This document shows, piece by piece, positions 11,813-23,552 of a stretch of DNA of 64,000 bases. The stretch comes from Rhizaria sp. SCN 62-66 (lineage: Eukaryota): contig MEDY01000064.1 in NCBI GenBank assembly GCA_001724265.1, forward strand, positions 1-64,000, written 5' to 3'. Position numbers and translations under genes: made by a program. Every line of letters starts with the position of its first letter. Within the stretch, counting starts at the first letter, position 1. The notes beneath the pieces are model-generated. The model was not told the origin of the DNA, searched no databases, and saw only the letters and a list, made by a program, of their open reading frames with translations.

Positions 11813-13120
11813 ATGAGTGAGCCTGCCACGAAGTCGGCCGCGCCGGCGAAGAAGGACCCCAACTCGTGCGTGATCACGATCAGCGACCGCGTCTACGACC
11901 TCACGCAGTGGGCGCCCAACCACCCGGGTGGTCCCCCGATCATGATCTACGACGGCCGCGACGCCACCAACGTCTTCCAGGCCTTCCACTCTGAGGGCGC
12001 GTACAAGGTTCTCGAGCGCTTCCCCTCGACGCCCGCGCCGCCGCGCGCCAAGAAGGCCGGTTCCGAGGCCCTCAAGGCCTCCAACGGCGGCCAGACGGTT
12101 TGCCTGGACGCCGTCAGCGAGGACTTCCAGCGCTTCCGCGCGGAGCTCGAGCGCGACGGCTTCTTCAAGGTCTCGCCCTTCTGGTTCCCCACTAAGTTCT
12201 TCACCACCGTCGCCTTCCTCCCGCTGGCCATCTTCCTCAACCTCAACGGCTGGGTGACGCTTGGCGCCGTCGTGCTGGGCATGATGTGGCAGCAGCTGGG
12301 CTGGACCTCGCACGAGCTGCTCCACCACTCGGTCTACGTCAACCGCAAGTACGGCAAGTACTTCGCCTGGGTCAGCGGGCCCGTGCTGCTGGGCTTCTGC
12401 AGCCACTGGTGGAACGACCGCCACAACTCGCACCATGCGGCGACCAACATCGACGGCTCGGATCCCGACATCGACAACCTGCCCATGCTCGCCTGGTCCG
12501 TTTCGGACGTCAACCGCGCGACACCCGAGCAGCGCAAGACGATCAAGTACCAGCACATCTACTTCTGGTTCATCCTCCCGCTGCTCAACCTCATCTGGAA
12601 CCTCAACTCGGTGCTCTTCATCCGCGACGAAATGATCAACTCGCGCTACAAGGTCTACCGCGACGAGTGGAAGGCTGAGGCCTTCGGCATCGCGCTGCAC
12701 TACATCTGGCTCTCGGCGCTACTCTGGTTCACGCTCCCCTCCTGGGGCGCCGTCGCCTGGTTCATGTTCGTGGCCAAGATCGTCGCCGGCGCCACGCTAG
12801 CATTCGTCGTCTTCTTCAGCCACTACTCGTGCCCCAAGCTCGACTTCGACTCGGACGCTGGCGAGAACTTTGTCGCCATGCAGCTCGTCTCGACGCGCAA
12901 CCTGACCCCCGGCGTCATCACTGACTGGCTCTGCGGCGGCCTCAACTACCAGGTTGAGCACCACCTCTTCCCCACCATGCCGCGGCCGAACCTGTACCGC
13001 TGCTCGCTGCGGCTGCGCGAGTTCTGCAAGAAGCACAACCTGCCCTACCTCTGCTCCGACTTCATCGAGGGGCTCATGCAGGTCCGCTCCTTCCTCAAGG
13101 ACATCGCAGACATGGCCTAA
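11813..13120 (+). CDS. Front-end fatty acid/sphingolipid desaturase (cytochrome b5 fusion; delta-6/delta-8 type)
   Basis: 435 aa, no introns, TAA stop. Cytochrome b5 motif HPGG, histidine boxes HELLHH, HNSHH and QVEHH, and hydrophobic TM segments. Regioselectivity cannot be assigned from sequence. Confidence 0.95.
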   Translation: MSEPATKSAAPAKKDPNSCVITISDRVYDLTQWAPNHPGGPPIMIYDGRDATNVFQAFHSEGAYKVLERFPSTPAPPRAKKAGSEALKASNGGQTVCLDAVSEDFQRFRAELERDGFFKVSPFWFPTKFFTTVAFLPLAIFLNLNGWVTLGAVVLGMMWQQLGWTSHELLHHSVYVNRKYGKYFAWVSGPVLLGFCSHWWNDRHNSHHAATNIDGSDPDIDNLPMLAWSVSDVNRATPEQRKTIKYQHIYFWFILPLLNLIWNLNSVLFIRDEMINSRYKVYRDEWKAEAFGIALHYIWLSALLWFTLPSWGAVAWFMFVAKIVAGATLAFVVFFSHYSCPKLDFDSDAGENFVAMQLVSTRNLTPGVITDWLCGGLNYQVEHHLFPTMPRPNLYRCSLRLREFCKKHNLPYLCSDFIEGLMQVRSFLKDIADMA

Positions 13121-13199
13121 GCGCGCCGCCATAGCGACAGGCGTCCCGGCGCCGCCCGCGCGCGTGAGCGACCAGGCAGCCAGCTTTCACTGCGGCCGC

Positions 13200-13244
13200 G
13201 TGTGCTCTGGCGTGTGCTCTGAGTGTGCTCTGAGTGTGCTCTGA
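13200..13244 (+). repeat. 11-bp tandem repeat (GTGTGCTCTGA)x3 plus one degenerate copy in the desaturase 3' region
   Basis: Read directly from the sequence, 80 nt after the stop codon. Confidence 0.85.
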
Positions 13245-13717
13245 CGTGTGCCGAATTCGTCACTTGGCGCTCGAGTACAACAGCGACAACACACGCTAAG
13301 GCGCTGTGCTGTCTTATCAACACCTACAACTCATGAGAGTAACATAATCATATCACCACAAATAACATTTTATTTTTTATTCAAGCAATCTAGCAATTTC
13401 TTATTTTCTTCGTACTCTGCATTCACCAGCCTGTCTGGCGACAGAGACAGAACACACTTGACTATTTTACCATTTTCTTACTTAATGCAGGGCAAGCTGC
13501 CTTTGTTTAATTGAGGAGACGCGTGACTTGTGTTATTGCTCCATTTCTAGTGCGCATATCCAGATCGCGGACGTAAGAGTGCTCTTTCCCCAGTGGCGGC
13601 CACTTCTTTTACACTGGCGGCGTTCCGGGCCGCGCAGTTTGCTGCGCACGGTGTGTCTGTCACTGCAACACGCTGTGTGCCGGGCGTCATACAAAACATG
13701 TGTCTTTTTTCCATTAC

Positions 13718-13762
13718 AACTTGACCACCGGAGACTGTAACTTGACCACCGGAAACTGTAAC
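13718..13762. repeat. 21-bp tandem duplication AACTTGACCACCGGARACTGT x2
   Basis: Two adjacent copies differing at one base, in the spacer between convergent genes. Confidence 0.85.
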
Positions 13763-14010
13763 ATCTCACCTTTTTCTGTTTCCTTCCATGCAGAAAAAAT
13801 GGACATATCACACTGCTAATGAGCCATTTTGCATCATAACGCATTCTGTATGAGTTAAATCTAAGTATATTTGGTGTCTGGTACGAAGTAAACATGAACG
13901 AATACATAGCATCTGGCCACACAACAGGACAACAGACAAATCACTGCTCCAACAGACTCGCTTCGTGTGCGCTTCCATTGAATCAAATACAGACGTAGCC
14001 TGGGCCAGTC

Positions 14011-15848
14011 TCAACCGCGGCTGCGGCTCCGACTGCGGCTGCCACGGCTGCTCTTGCTCTTGCTCTTGTCACTCGAACGCTCACGGTCACGGTCACGGTC
14101 ACGGTCACGGTCACGATGAGACTTGTTGTCGCGCTTCGCAACCGGAGACCGCGAGCGTGACCGCGAGCGTGACCGCGAGCGTGACGGCGAGTTTGACCGT
14201 GAGCGCGACCGCGACCGAGAGTCGGACATCTTGCGGGAAGGCTTGACTTCCCGCTTGTCCTCCTTCATGACAGCCGAGCGACGCGGGGGACTGCGGCTGT
14301 CGCGACTGCGGCTGCGGCTGTCGCGGCTGTCACGACTGCGGCTGTCGCGGCGGTCGCGGCGGTCGCCGCTGCGACTACGGCTGTCGCCGCGGCTGTCAGT
14401 GCGGCTGCGGCGGGGCGGACTGCGGCTGCGGCGAGGGGGACTGCGGCTGCGGCGGGGCGGACTGCGGCTGCTACGACGCTGCCCCTTCTCTGCACTCGCC
14501 TTATTACCAGTGCTGCTGCTGCTGCTGGCGCCGGGCCAATCCTCCTCGATCTCGGCGGCGCGGCGGCGCACCCAGTCGCCGTCGCTGGGCCGCGCCCCGC
14601 CGCCGCCGTGGACGCGGTCGCTGGAGCGGGGGCCGCGGAACACAGGGTAACGGTCGCTCGGGGGCTCCTGTTCGCGGTCGCTGCGGTCACGGTCGCTGCG
14701 GTCACGGTCACTGCGGTCACGGTCGCGGTCACTGCGATCGCGGTCGCCATGGCGGTCGCCGCGGCGCTCCTGCGGGCCCCAGCCGTCGCCCTGGTCGCCG
14801 CTCTGGCCGCCGCCGCGCGTCCTGCCGAAGTTGCGTCCGGGCCGGCCGGTCGTCCAGCTGGCGCTTACCTCGTAACCGTGGCTGTGGTCGTGCCGCGCCA
14901 GGTAGCCCGGCCGGTCCGCCCAGTCGCCCCCCGACGCGCCGCGCCCGCGCCCCGCCGCCCCGCCGCTGCCGCCGCTGTTCCCGCGCGGGGCGGCGCGGCG
15001 GTCGGCGCCGGCGCGGCCGACGAGCTGGCGCTGCAGCTGCGCCAGCTCGGCCTCGATGGCGGCCACGTCGACCCCCGCGACGTCCGCCGCAGAGCCAGAC
15101 AGCGCGGCGTCCAGCTGCGCGCTCAGCGCCGCCATGCGCGCGTCCGCAGCAGTCAGCAGACTGTCGCCGCCGTTCTGATTATTGTCGCCTTCTTTGTCAC
15201 CGCCGCTGCTGGTGTTGTTGTGGTTGCGGCGGCGGCTGAAGAGGTCGTCGAAGTCGGAAGAGCCGCGCACGCCGAGCGCGTCGCGCATCCCGGCGACCGC
15301 GCCGCGGTGGTGCTGCTGCTGCGCGGGCCCAGGACCGGCGCCGGCGGCAGCGCTGGGGGCGGGTAGCGCGGTGCTGAGGTTGGCGAGCAGACGCGCGCGC
15401 AGCTCGGACGTGCGGCGCTCAATCTCGGCGTCGGCCATTCTGCGAATAAAATCACACAAAAAATACAACAATACACCAAAGAATGAGTGGAAAAAGCAAA
15501 AATAGAGCGTTGGTGAGCTGGCGATAGCGTGGGGGGTGAAGAGGACCGTTAGAGTTGTTGTCATGAGAGAGCGAAATGGGAGGAATTGCAGGGGATAGAG
15601 ACGTACTTTTTCTCGCGGAGCTCATCCTCAAGCTCGGCAACCTTAACTTCAACCGCACGCTTGCGGTTGTGCTCGAGCAGCTCCGCACTGAGCTGCTTGG
15701 GCGGCGCCACGATGCGCTTCTCTTCGCCGAAGACACTAGACCGCACAGCGCCCGACTTCTGATGTTTGCTGAGCGTGCTCAAGTTGCGCTGCACAAAACC
15801 GCTCGTACCAGAGCCCTTGGCCGTCGTCAGCCCAACGTTGCCGTACAT
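14011..15848 (-). CDS. CWC21: Spliceosomal protein CWC21/SRRM2-like (cwf21 domain plus RS/RD-rich tail, ~556 aa)
   Basis: Exon 1 15848-15607 starts MYGNVGLTTAKGSGTSGFVQRNLS and contains LLEHNRKRAVEVKVAELEDEL. Intron 15606-15440 (GTACGT...GCAG). Exon 2 15439-14011 has EIERRTSELRARLL and RSRSPPR/RDRSD repeats, ending in TGA. Confidence 0.9.
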
Positions 15849-16188
15849 ATTTCACTGCAACAGACGGAGTGCGTCAGATGGAACAAAATCTCGCAAAACC
15901 CGGTTCACCTCATGACCCCCACACGGGCCTTTGCCTGTTGGCCAGACGAGGTTACGGAAACCGTTTGTGGCAGGAACCGCTTCAACTCGATATTGCGCTG
16001 TTTCAAATACAAATTCGAAAATGAAGCCTAGATATGTATATTAACTCAGGTAATCCTCTAGATTATTTGGTATTCAACGGTAAAAAGCCTTACTATAAAG
16101 CTGGTATCTTTGCGACACGAGGCCGCAGAATTTGTTCGGCGACTCATAAGTTCCGCCCACAGTTCATTGACGCCTCGCAATACTGGTC

Positions 16189-16817
16189 TCAGTAGCCGCC
16201 CTTCTTCTTTTCCCAGGAGAAAAACGTCTTCTTGTGCCGGTCAATGGCGCGGATGCCGCCCTCGCGGCCGCCGTCGACGGCCCTGTCGTATACGGACCGG
16301 TACGCCTGAAGCGTCAGCGCTGCGCCCGATGGCAGCGGCACCGGCAGGCTGCCTGGCGTGAGCGGCCGCACGGGCCGCGCCGTCGCCGCCAGCTGCTGCA
16401 GCTGCGCCGGCGAGAGCTCCGCGCGCCGCGCCTCAGCTTCGGCCCGCCGCGCCGCGGCTGCCGCAGCCGCCGCGGAGGGGTCGTTGTAGGGCGACAGCGC
16501 CGCCCACGCCGCCTCGGGCCCCCACTGCGGCTGCGGCTGCGGCGCCTGAGACTGCGCATCCTGCGAGCGCGCGCTGTGCAGATTGGCGCTGCTGCCCGTG
16601 TTGGCGCCGTTGCCGTGAAGGCTGCGAGCTGAGCCTGAGCCTGAGCCAGAGCCGGTGGCGCTGAGCCCAGCGCGCTGCAACAGACTGCCGTTGCCGCTGT
16701 TGCCGCTGCTGGAGCTGGCGCTGGGCCTAAGCAGCGAGGAGGAGGACGGGGACGCGAGGCCAAAGCCGGAGACCGAGCCGCGACCGCCGCGGAGGCTGGC
16801 GCTGCTGGAGCCGAGCC

Positions 16818-16866
<49 letters not shown>

Positions 16867-19800
16867 GCGCTGCTGCTGCTGCTGTTGCTGGTAGGCGCGC
16901 AGCCGCTCCTGGTGGGCCTGGCGCTCCGCCGCAGCCGCAGCGTCCGCGGCCGCCGCAAAGGAGAGATATTCGTCGAACGCGTCCACGCGGTCGTTTTGGC
17001 CCTGAGCTTGCGAGGGCTGCGGCAGCGGGGGGTGCGACTGCCGCTGTTGGTCGTGGCCATAGTACTGGTCGTACCCCCCTTGGCCCTGTTCCGGCTGCCC
17101 CTGGGGCTGAGCTGGAGCAGCAGCGGCGGCGGGCGCGGCCGTGAGAGTGAACAGGGTCTTGTCGTCCCAAGCTGCGGCGCCCGGCGCGCTCCTGTCCCCC
17201 GCGCCACTGCGCGCGCCAGCGCCAGCGCCAGCGGTAGCGGCGTCGCGGTCCGCGTCCGCGTCGGGCAGCCCCAGCAGCGCGAGTCGCGACTCCGACTGCG
17301 GCAGCGGCAGCGGCTGCGGCGCGGTGTCGCGGCCCTTGCCCCGGCCGGTCCGGGGACCGCCAGAACCAGGGCCAGCGCCATGCTGCGAGTGGGGCTGCGA
17401 GTGGGACTGAGCAAGTTGCGCCTGCGAGCGCGCGGGCGACGGTGACGGAGAGCGTGACGGAGAGCGAGAGAGAGCCCGCCCACCTGCAGCGCCGGTCTGG
17501 CGGCGGCGGCGGCGGCGCTGCTGTTGCGCGAGGGTCAGCGCGGACGACGACTGCGGCGGCTGCAGCACGGCGGCGAGCGCTGTCGGCACCGGTGCGCCGC
17601 CGGCCGGGGGCACCTCGGCGAACCCGGGCCTGCGCACCGCAGACTGCGACTGCAGCTGAGACTGCTGCAACTGCGACTGCGTCTCGTCTTGCCAATGCAC
17701 TTGCGGCTGCGGAGGCTGCTGCTGCTGCTGCTGTTGCGCGGTGTGGTGTGCGAGCACGGCGGTCAGCGCGGCCTTGCTCACGGTCACCAGCTCGCTCAGC
17801 ACCGCGCCGCCGCCGCCGCCGCCGCCGTCTCCGGCCGCCCCGTCCTCCGGGTCCGCGGCGCCCGCCGCGCCGGCCTTGTGCGCGCCGTGCGCACTGCCAT
17901 GAGGGGGCGGGGCGGCGGCGACGGGCGCGACGGCGACGCCGGTGCCCACGGTCACCAGCCCGCCGGCCGCCCACGCCGCGCCCAGGCCAGCGCCGGCGCC
18001 CATAGCAGCGCCAGCTCCGAGATCAGCATTGCCTGTGCTGGAGGCCGTTGCGTGCGTGTTGGCATTGGCGTTGGCGTTGGAGGGCGCGAGCGAAGGAGCG
18101 CTGCCGAACGAGAAGTAGCCAGGCACAGGGCCCGCCGCGCTGCTGCCGCCAGCGGCGGCGGGGGCAGAGCCTCGCGCGCCCCAGTGCGCGCCGCTGAGCG
18201 GCACAGCGCTGCCAACAGACTGCGACTGCGGCAGCGGCTGCGGCTGCCGGGACAGAGCCTGCGCCTGCGAGGACGCCTCGGCCTGCAGTTGCTGTTGCTG
18301 CTGCTGTTGCTGCTGCTCGGCCTGGAAGCCGGCCAGCACGGCGCCGATCGAGGGGAACGCACTGGCGTCGGCCGTCGCCCCCACGCCGAGTCCAAGCCCC
18401 AGCGCCAGCTCGCTGTCGCCGTCCGTGTCGCCGTTGTCGTCGTTGTGGCCCTCAGCGTCGGCGTCGTCACCGTGCGCATGCCCGGCTCTGCCCGCGCGCG
18501 CCCTGGCGCGGGCCCTGGCGCGGGCCCTCTCGGCGGCCTCGGCCTCAGCGGCGGCGTCCAGGTCGTCCTGCTCGTGGTACGTGTACATGGCGCCGTCCAG
18601 CAGCGCCCACGCCGCGCGTTCGCCGGGCAGCGCCGTCGCCGACGCGCGGTACGCCTCCTGCGAGGCCGTCAGCCGCGCCGTCGACGACGTGTGCCCCGCG
18701 GCCGCAGACGCCAACAGCGCCGCCGCGGAGGCAGACGGCGACGCGCCGGGCGCGCCAGAGCCGGCGCCGCCACTGGCGGGACCCCATTGCTGCAGCATGC
18801 GCGACACGGCGGCCGCCGCGGCCTCGCCGGACAAGCCGTCGTCGCCGGCCTTGCTACCACGCGCACCGCCGCCGTTGAGGCCACTGCTAACGGAGCCGGC
18901 GTCGATGCCCGCGGCGGCGCGCGCGCGGCGGCGCTGCTCCGTCTCGCGCTCGCGCTCGCGCTCCTTGCTACTCTTATCGTCGCCCCTGCCGCCGCTGCCA
19001 TCAGCGTCGGCCTCAGCCTCAGCGAGCGCCATCTCACTCGCGGCGTGCGCGCGCGCGCGCGAGTGCTCGGCGTCGCGCGCGCCGCCCGCGGCGGCCGTGG
19101 CGGCGGCCAGCTCGCCGCGCGCCCAGCGCGAGAAGTGCCCGCCGCCGGGCCCGCGGCGCGCGGCGCGCGCGGCCCGCTCCTGGCGCAGGCGCGCGGCGGC
19201 GACGGCGGCCTGCGCGGCGAGTACCGAGGCCAGACGCTCTACGCGCGACTGCCCGAGGGCCGCGCCGCAGTCGTCCGCGTCCTCCGAGTCGGAGTCTGAG
19301 GCGGTCCCGTGGCGGCGCGCGCGGCGCGGCCGCGGCTGCGGGTGCTGCTGCTGGTGCGCCGACTGGTGCGCGTAGAGCTGCTCATATGTGCCTCCGTGGC
19401 CGTGGCTGTAGCCGTGGTGATCGTGGTACGGGTGGCCGTGCGCCTGCCCCTGCACTTGCGCTTGGGCGTAGAGCGCGCATGGCGGGATCCCGCCCAGCGT
19501 GCCCGTCTCGGCCCCCAAGTCCGCGCTGATGCCCGCGGCTGCCGCGGAGCCTGCGCCGAGCCCGGCCGCCGTGACCGTGAGCCCCGTCGCGGCGGCCACG
19601 CGCGCGGTCACGCCCCGCCAATCGGCGTCCGCCGCGCACAGCCACTCGGCGTCCGCCGCGCTCAGCACCGCGGCGCCGCGCGCGCCGCCTGCGGCCAAGC
19701 TCGGGACCGAGGCGGAGGCTGAGCCCGAGTCGGAGCCGGGGGCCCCCATGGCGGCGGCGGCGGTGGGCGTCTGCGGCGGCAGCGGGAGCGCGGCGCCGAG

Positions 19801-22791
19801 CCCCAGTCCGAGCGTGAAGACGGACGCGTAGCTGGCCTCCTCGCGGGCCAGCTCGCGGCGGCGCTCGCGCTCGCGGGCGCGCGCCGCAGCCTCCGCGGCG
19901 GACTCGCCGCTAAGCTTCGCGCTGCCGCTGCTGCGGCCGCCGCCGGGCGACATCGGCGAAGTGGGGGATATGGTGGAGCGACAAGTGTTAGCATTGTCGT
20001 CATCGTCGCCGTCCTCGACGGTCGCAGCGTCGTCCAGCGAGGCGTCCTGGTTGTTGTCACCACCATCGTCGTAGTATTCCTCATCGTCGTCACAGTCGTC
20101 GTCATCGTCGTCGTCATCGTTGTCGTCGTTTTCGTTGCCGACATACAGCCCGGCCTCCGCGGCGGCAGTCCTAACGGCGGCGCGCGCGGCCCTAGCCTCG
20201 GCTTCGGCGTCAAAAGCCCGCGCCTCGGCCTCGGCCGCGCGGTCGTCGTCGCCCGCGGCGCCGCGCGCCTCCCACCGCGCCACCGACACGTCCGCCGCCG
20301 CGCGCGCGGCGACCGCGGCGGCACGCAGTTTGCGCCATCGCGCGCGCTTCCTGGCCACGCCCGCGGCGGCGGCGGCGGCGGCCTCGGCCGCGGCGTGCGC
20401 GGCGTCGCTTCTGCCGTCCAGGTCCCCGCGCGCGCGGCCCTCGGCCAGCGCCGCGGCTGCCGCAGCCGCGGCCGAGCGCCGCGCGTGGGCCGCGGCGGCG
20501 CGTACGACTAGCGCCAGCTCGGCCTCGGCCTCCCTCTGCGCGCGCTGCTGCTCGAGCCCGCTGCCGGCTCCAGACGCGGCAGCAGCAGCAGCGACGCCGG
20601 CGCTGCCGACCACGAGGGCGCCCGCAGCGGTGCGCCGGCCCAGCCCAAAGCCGCCGGCGGTGGAGGCGATGGCTGGAGGTAGTCCACTGCCGAGCCCGGC
20701 GTGCCAGCCGGTGCCCAAGCCCGTCGCGGCTGCACGGATCGTGACGGCGTCCGCCGCGGCGCGTGCGGCCTCGGCCTCGGACTCAGCGGCGGCGCGCCTG
20801 TTGCGCGCGTCCGCGGCGGCCGCGGCGCGCTCCCGCTGTTGCTGCTGCTCGCGGGCGACGCGGTCGTCGCGCCGCGCCAGCAGCTGTGCGTTGCGCGCGC
20901 GGCGCACTGCGGCCGCCTCCGCCGCGCGCGCGGCGTCGGCGTCGACGTCGGTGGCCACCGCAGCGGCCCGCGCGCGTCGCCGCTCCGCCAGCCGCGCCTC
21001 GCGCTCCGCCGCGGCCGAGGAGGCGGCGGCGGCGGCGGCGGGCGAGGCGAGCGGCGTGAAGGCGTCGGGCGGGGTGGGCGCGAAGCCGCGGCCCGCGGGC
21101 AGCGGAAACACCACGGGGCCGCGCGCGGCGGGCGACAGCGGCGAGGCCAGGGGCGAAGCCAGGGGCGTCGACGCGCCCGAGCCGGCCGCGGACGCGCCGC
21201 CGCTGGCGGGGCCCACAGTCGCCGCCGCAGGGCCCGCGCTGCCGCTGTTGCTGCGGCTATGACGCGCTGCGCGGCCCGCAGCCGAGGAGGTATTCGTGTT
21301 GATGACGCTGCTGCTGCAGCGGCGCGCGCTGCCGCGGGCACTGCTGAGGAACGCCGCCGTGACGGCCGCGGCGTCGGCCTCGGCTTTGGTCAGGGCTGCG
21401 GTGGCAGCAGCGACCTCCGCCTCGGCCTCAGCAGCCTCCGCGTCGGCCTTGGAGTCCCCTGCTCTGGTGGGGCCGCCGCCGCTGGCGTGCTGCTGCTGCT
21501 GTTGCTGCTGGAGGCGCTGCTGGAGGCGCGCGCGCTCCTGGTCCTGCTGCGCCTGCTGCTGCAGCAGCTGCTGCGCGCGCTGCTGCTCTTCGTACTGGTG
21601 CTGCATCGCGTTGGCAAAGGCGGCATGCACGGTGCGCCGCAGCCGCTGTTGCTCCGTCTGCGACAGCTCATCGACGAACTGCCGCACCCAGCGCTGGTTG
21701 CTGGCCATCTGGCGCACGCTGTCGACCTCGGCGGCGGCGGCGGAGCCCGCGGCGGGCGGCCGCCAGTGCATCCGCGAGAGCGGCACGCGCGCAGCGCGCC
21801 GTAGCGCCGCGCGCGAGGGCGCCGGCACAGGCCCGTCCGCGGTCGCCACCGTCTCCATCTCGGCGCCGAAGCCCTCGCCGCCGCGGTCCGCCGCGCCGGC
21901 GCCGGCGCCGTGACAGTGGCCGAGGGCGGGCGCGTTGGGCAGCAGTAGGCGGGCTGCCTGGTCCACGACCGCGCGGTCGCCGCTGGCCTCAGCGCTTTCA
22001 GCGCTAGAGGGCCCCCTGCGCGCCCTGCTGCCCTTGACCGGCGCGTGCTGCTGCTAATGACGTTGCTGCGCTGCGTTGTTGTTGCCGGCGCTGGCGTTGA
22101 GGTGTGCGCGGCCGGCGGCCTTGTTCTTGGTGGTGGCAATGAGGCGCAGCAGCCGCTCGGCCTCCTCCGAGAGCTGCACGGGCGGTGCCGCGGGCAGCGA
22201 TAACAGCAACGCGCGCACGGGTCCGCGCCGGGCGCCGGACGCCGCCAGCATCAGCGACGATGCCGCCTCGTTCGTGCCGTCCGCGTTGTTGCCGGTGCCG
22301 TTCAAGTTGCTGAGGTTGACGGAGCCGGGGTCAGGCGCGACGGGGGCGTCTGTTTCGGGGTCCGGCAGCAGCATGCGGGCACGGTCGAGCTGCGCGGCGT
22401 GCTCCTGCAGCAGGCGCTCCTGCTCCTGGATGTGGAGCGCCTGCTGTTGCTGCTGCAGTTGTTGCTGGCGCGAGTCGTGGCGCAGCGAAGTGGCGCGCAG
22501 AGCTGCCGACGATGAGGCCGACGACAGGCCCGGCAGCGGGTACAGCGGCGCCGCGACCGACGGCGACGCCGACGACAGCAACAAGTGCGCGCGCGAGCCG
22601 TGGTGGTGGCCGTGCGCGTGCAGAGTGTGTCCGTGTGGGGCCGCGGGACCTGCGGGGGATGCGGCGGCGGCGCGGGTACCAGAGGTCCGGGGGTTTTGCA
22701 CAAATGCGGACTCGGATGAAGACACAGTGGGCTGCGGGAGCGCGAACGCAACGCCAGTGCCACCTTCGGAGGGCCCGATAAAGGAAGACAT
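16189..22791 (-). CDS. Large low-complexity/coiled-coil hypothetical protein (~2,200 aa), read through an in-frame TAG
   Basis: Track ORFs 22054..22911 and 16189..21966 are in one frame, joined across TAG 22054-22056 (AAQQRH*QQHAPV). Likely ATG at 22791, after a CAG acceptor near 22815. Rich in polyQ and polyA; ends in TGA. No recognisable domain. Confidence 0.65.
16819..16890 (-). repeat. (CAG/CAA)n coding trinucleotide repeat, polyglutamine
   Basis: Long CTG/TTG run on the + strand, with one interrupting Arg codon. Confidence 0.9.
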
Positions 22792-23552
22792 TGTGGCACG
22801 ACTCGGACGTGCTCTGCAGTGAGGTTGGGAAGTAGTGGAGGAAGACTGCATCAAGAGAGGAGGCGACGCGAAAGGAACGTTAAGACAGAGGATGAGGATC
22901 AAGCCTGGCACAAAAAACTTAATCTAAACAGCATAATTAGCAATAAAATCAGTATGAAACCTTTGTGAACACTCTCTTGTCGAAGCCACAGACGCGCTGC
23001 AGAGCTGCAAAGATGGTGGTCGGTTACGCCTCAGGTCCAATCTGACGTTCGTTGGACTATACATTGGTGGACGTATTACCACACTTGATTTCCTCGACAA
23101 AACCTCGCCAGATTGGACTAGTTTTTGAACATATTCATGTAGAGCTATGCTGATGTATTATTCCATTATGATTCCTTTTATACCACCCGTGTCGTTCTTT
23201 TATTCTTGCCGACTTGGTGCCTTGCCGATCCTGCGCTCAACCGCTTACTCCCTCAACGAAAAGATGCTCAAAACAACTTTTATTTTCAATACCTGTTTTC
23301 ATCATGGCCTGCCTGGAATAAATTACAGCGGATCTCGGTATTTTTCGCCGTAGGCCTTTGTTTGCATCCTTGAAGGCCCGTTTCGTGCCGTCTCTCATTC
23401 CCACCTCGCCTCTTCTAGGATCTGCCGCGCGCGCCGCGTCTGTCACACCCGCCGCCGCCGCCCCGTCCGATCATTCCCGCTTCGGCGCAGGCCCCGGCGT
23501 CTCACAACTAGGTTCTGCGCCCGCGGGCTATTCTAGCTCGTCTCGCTCCGTC

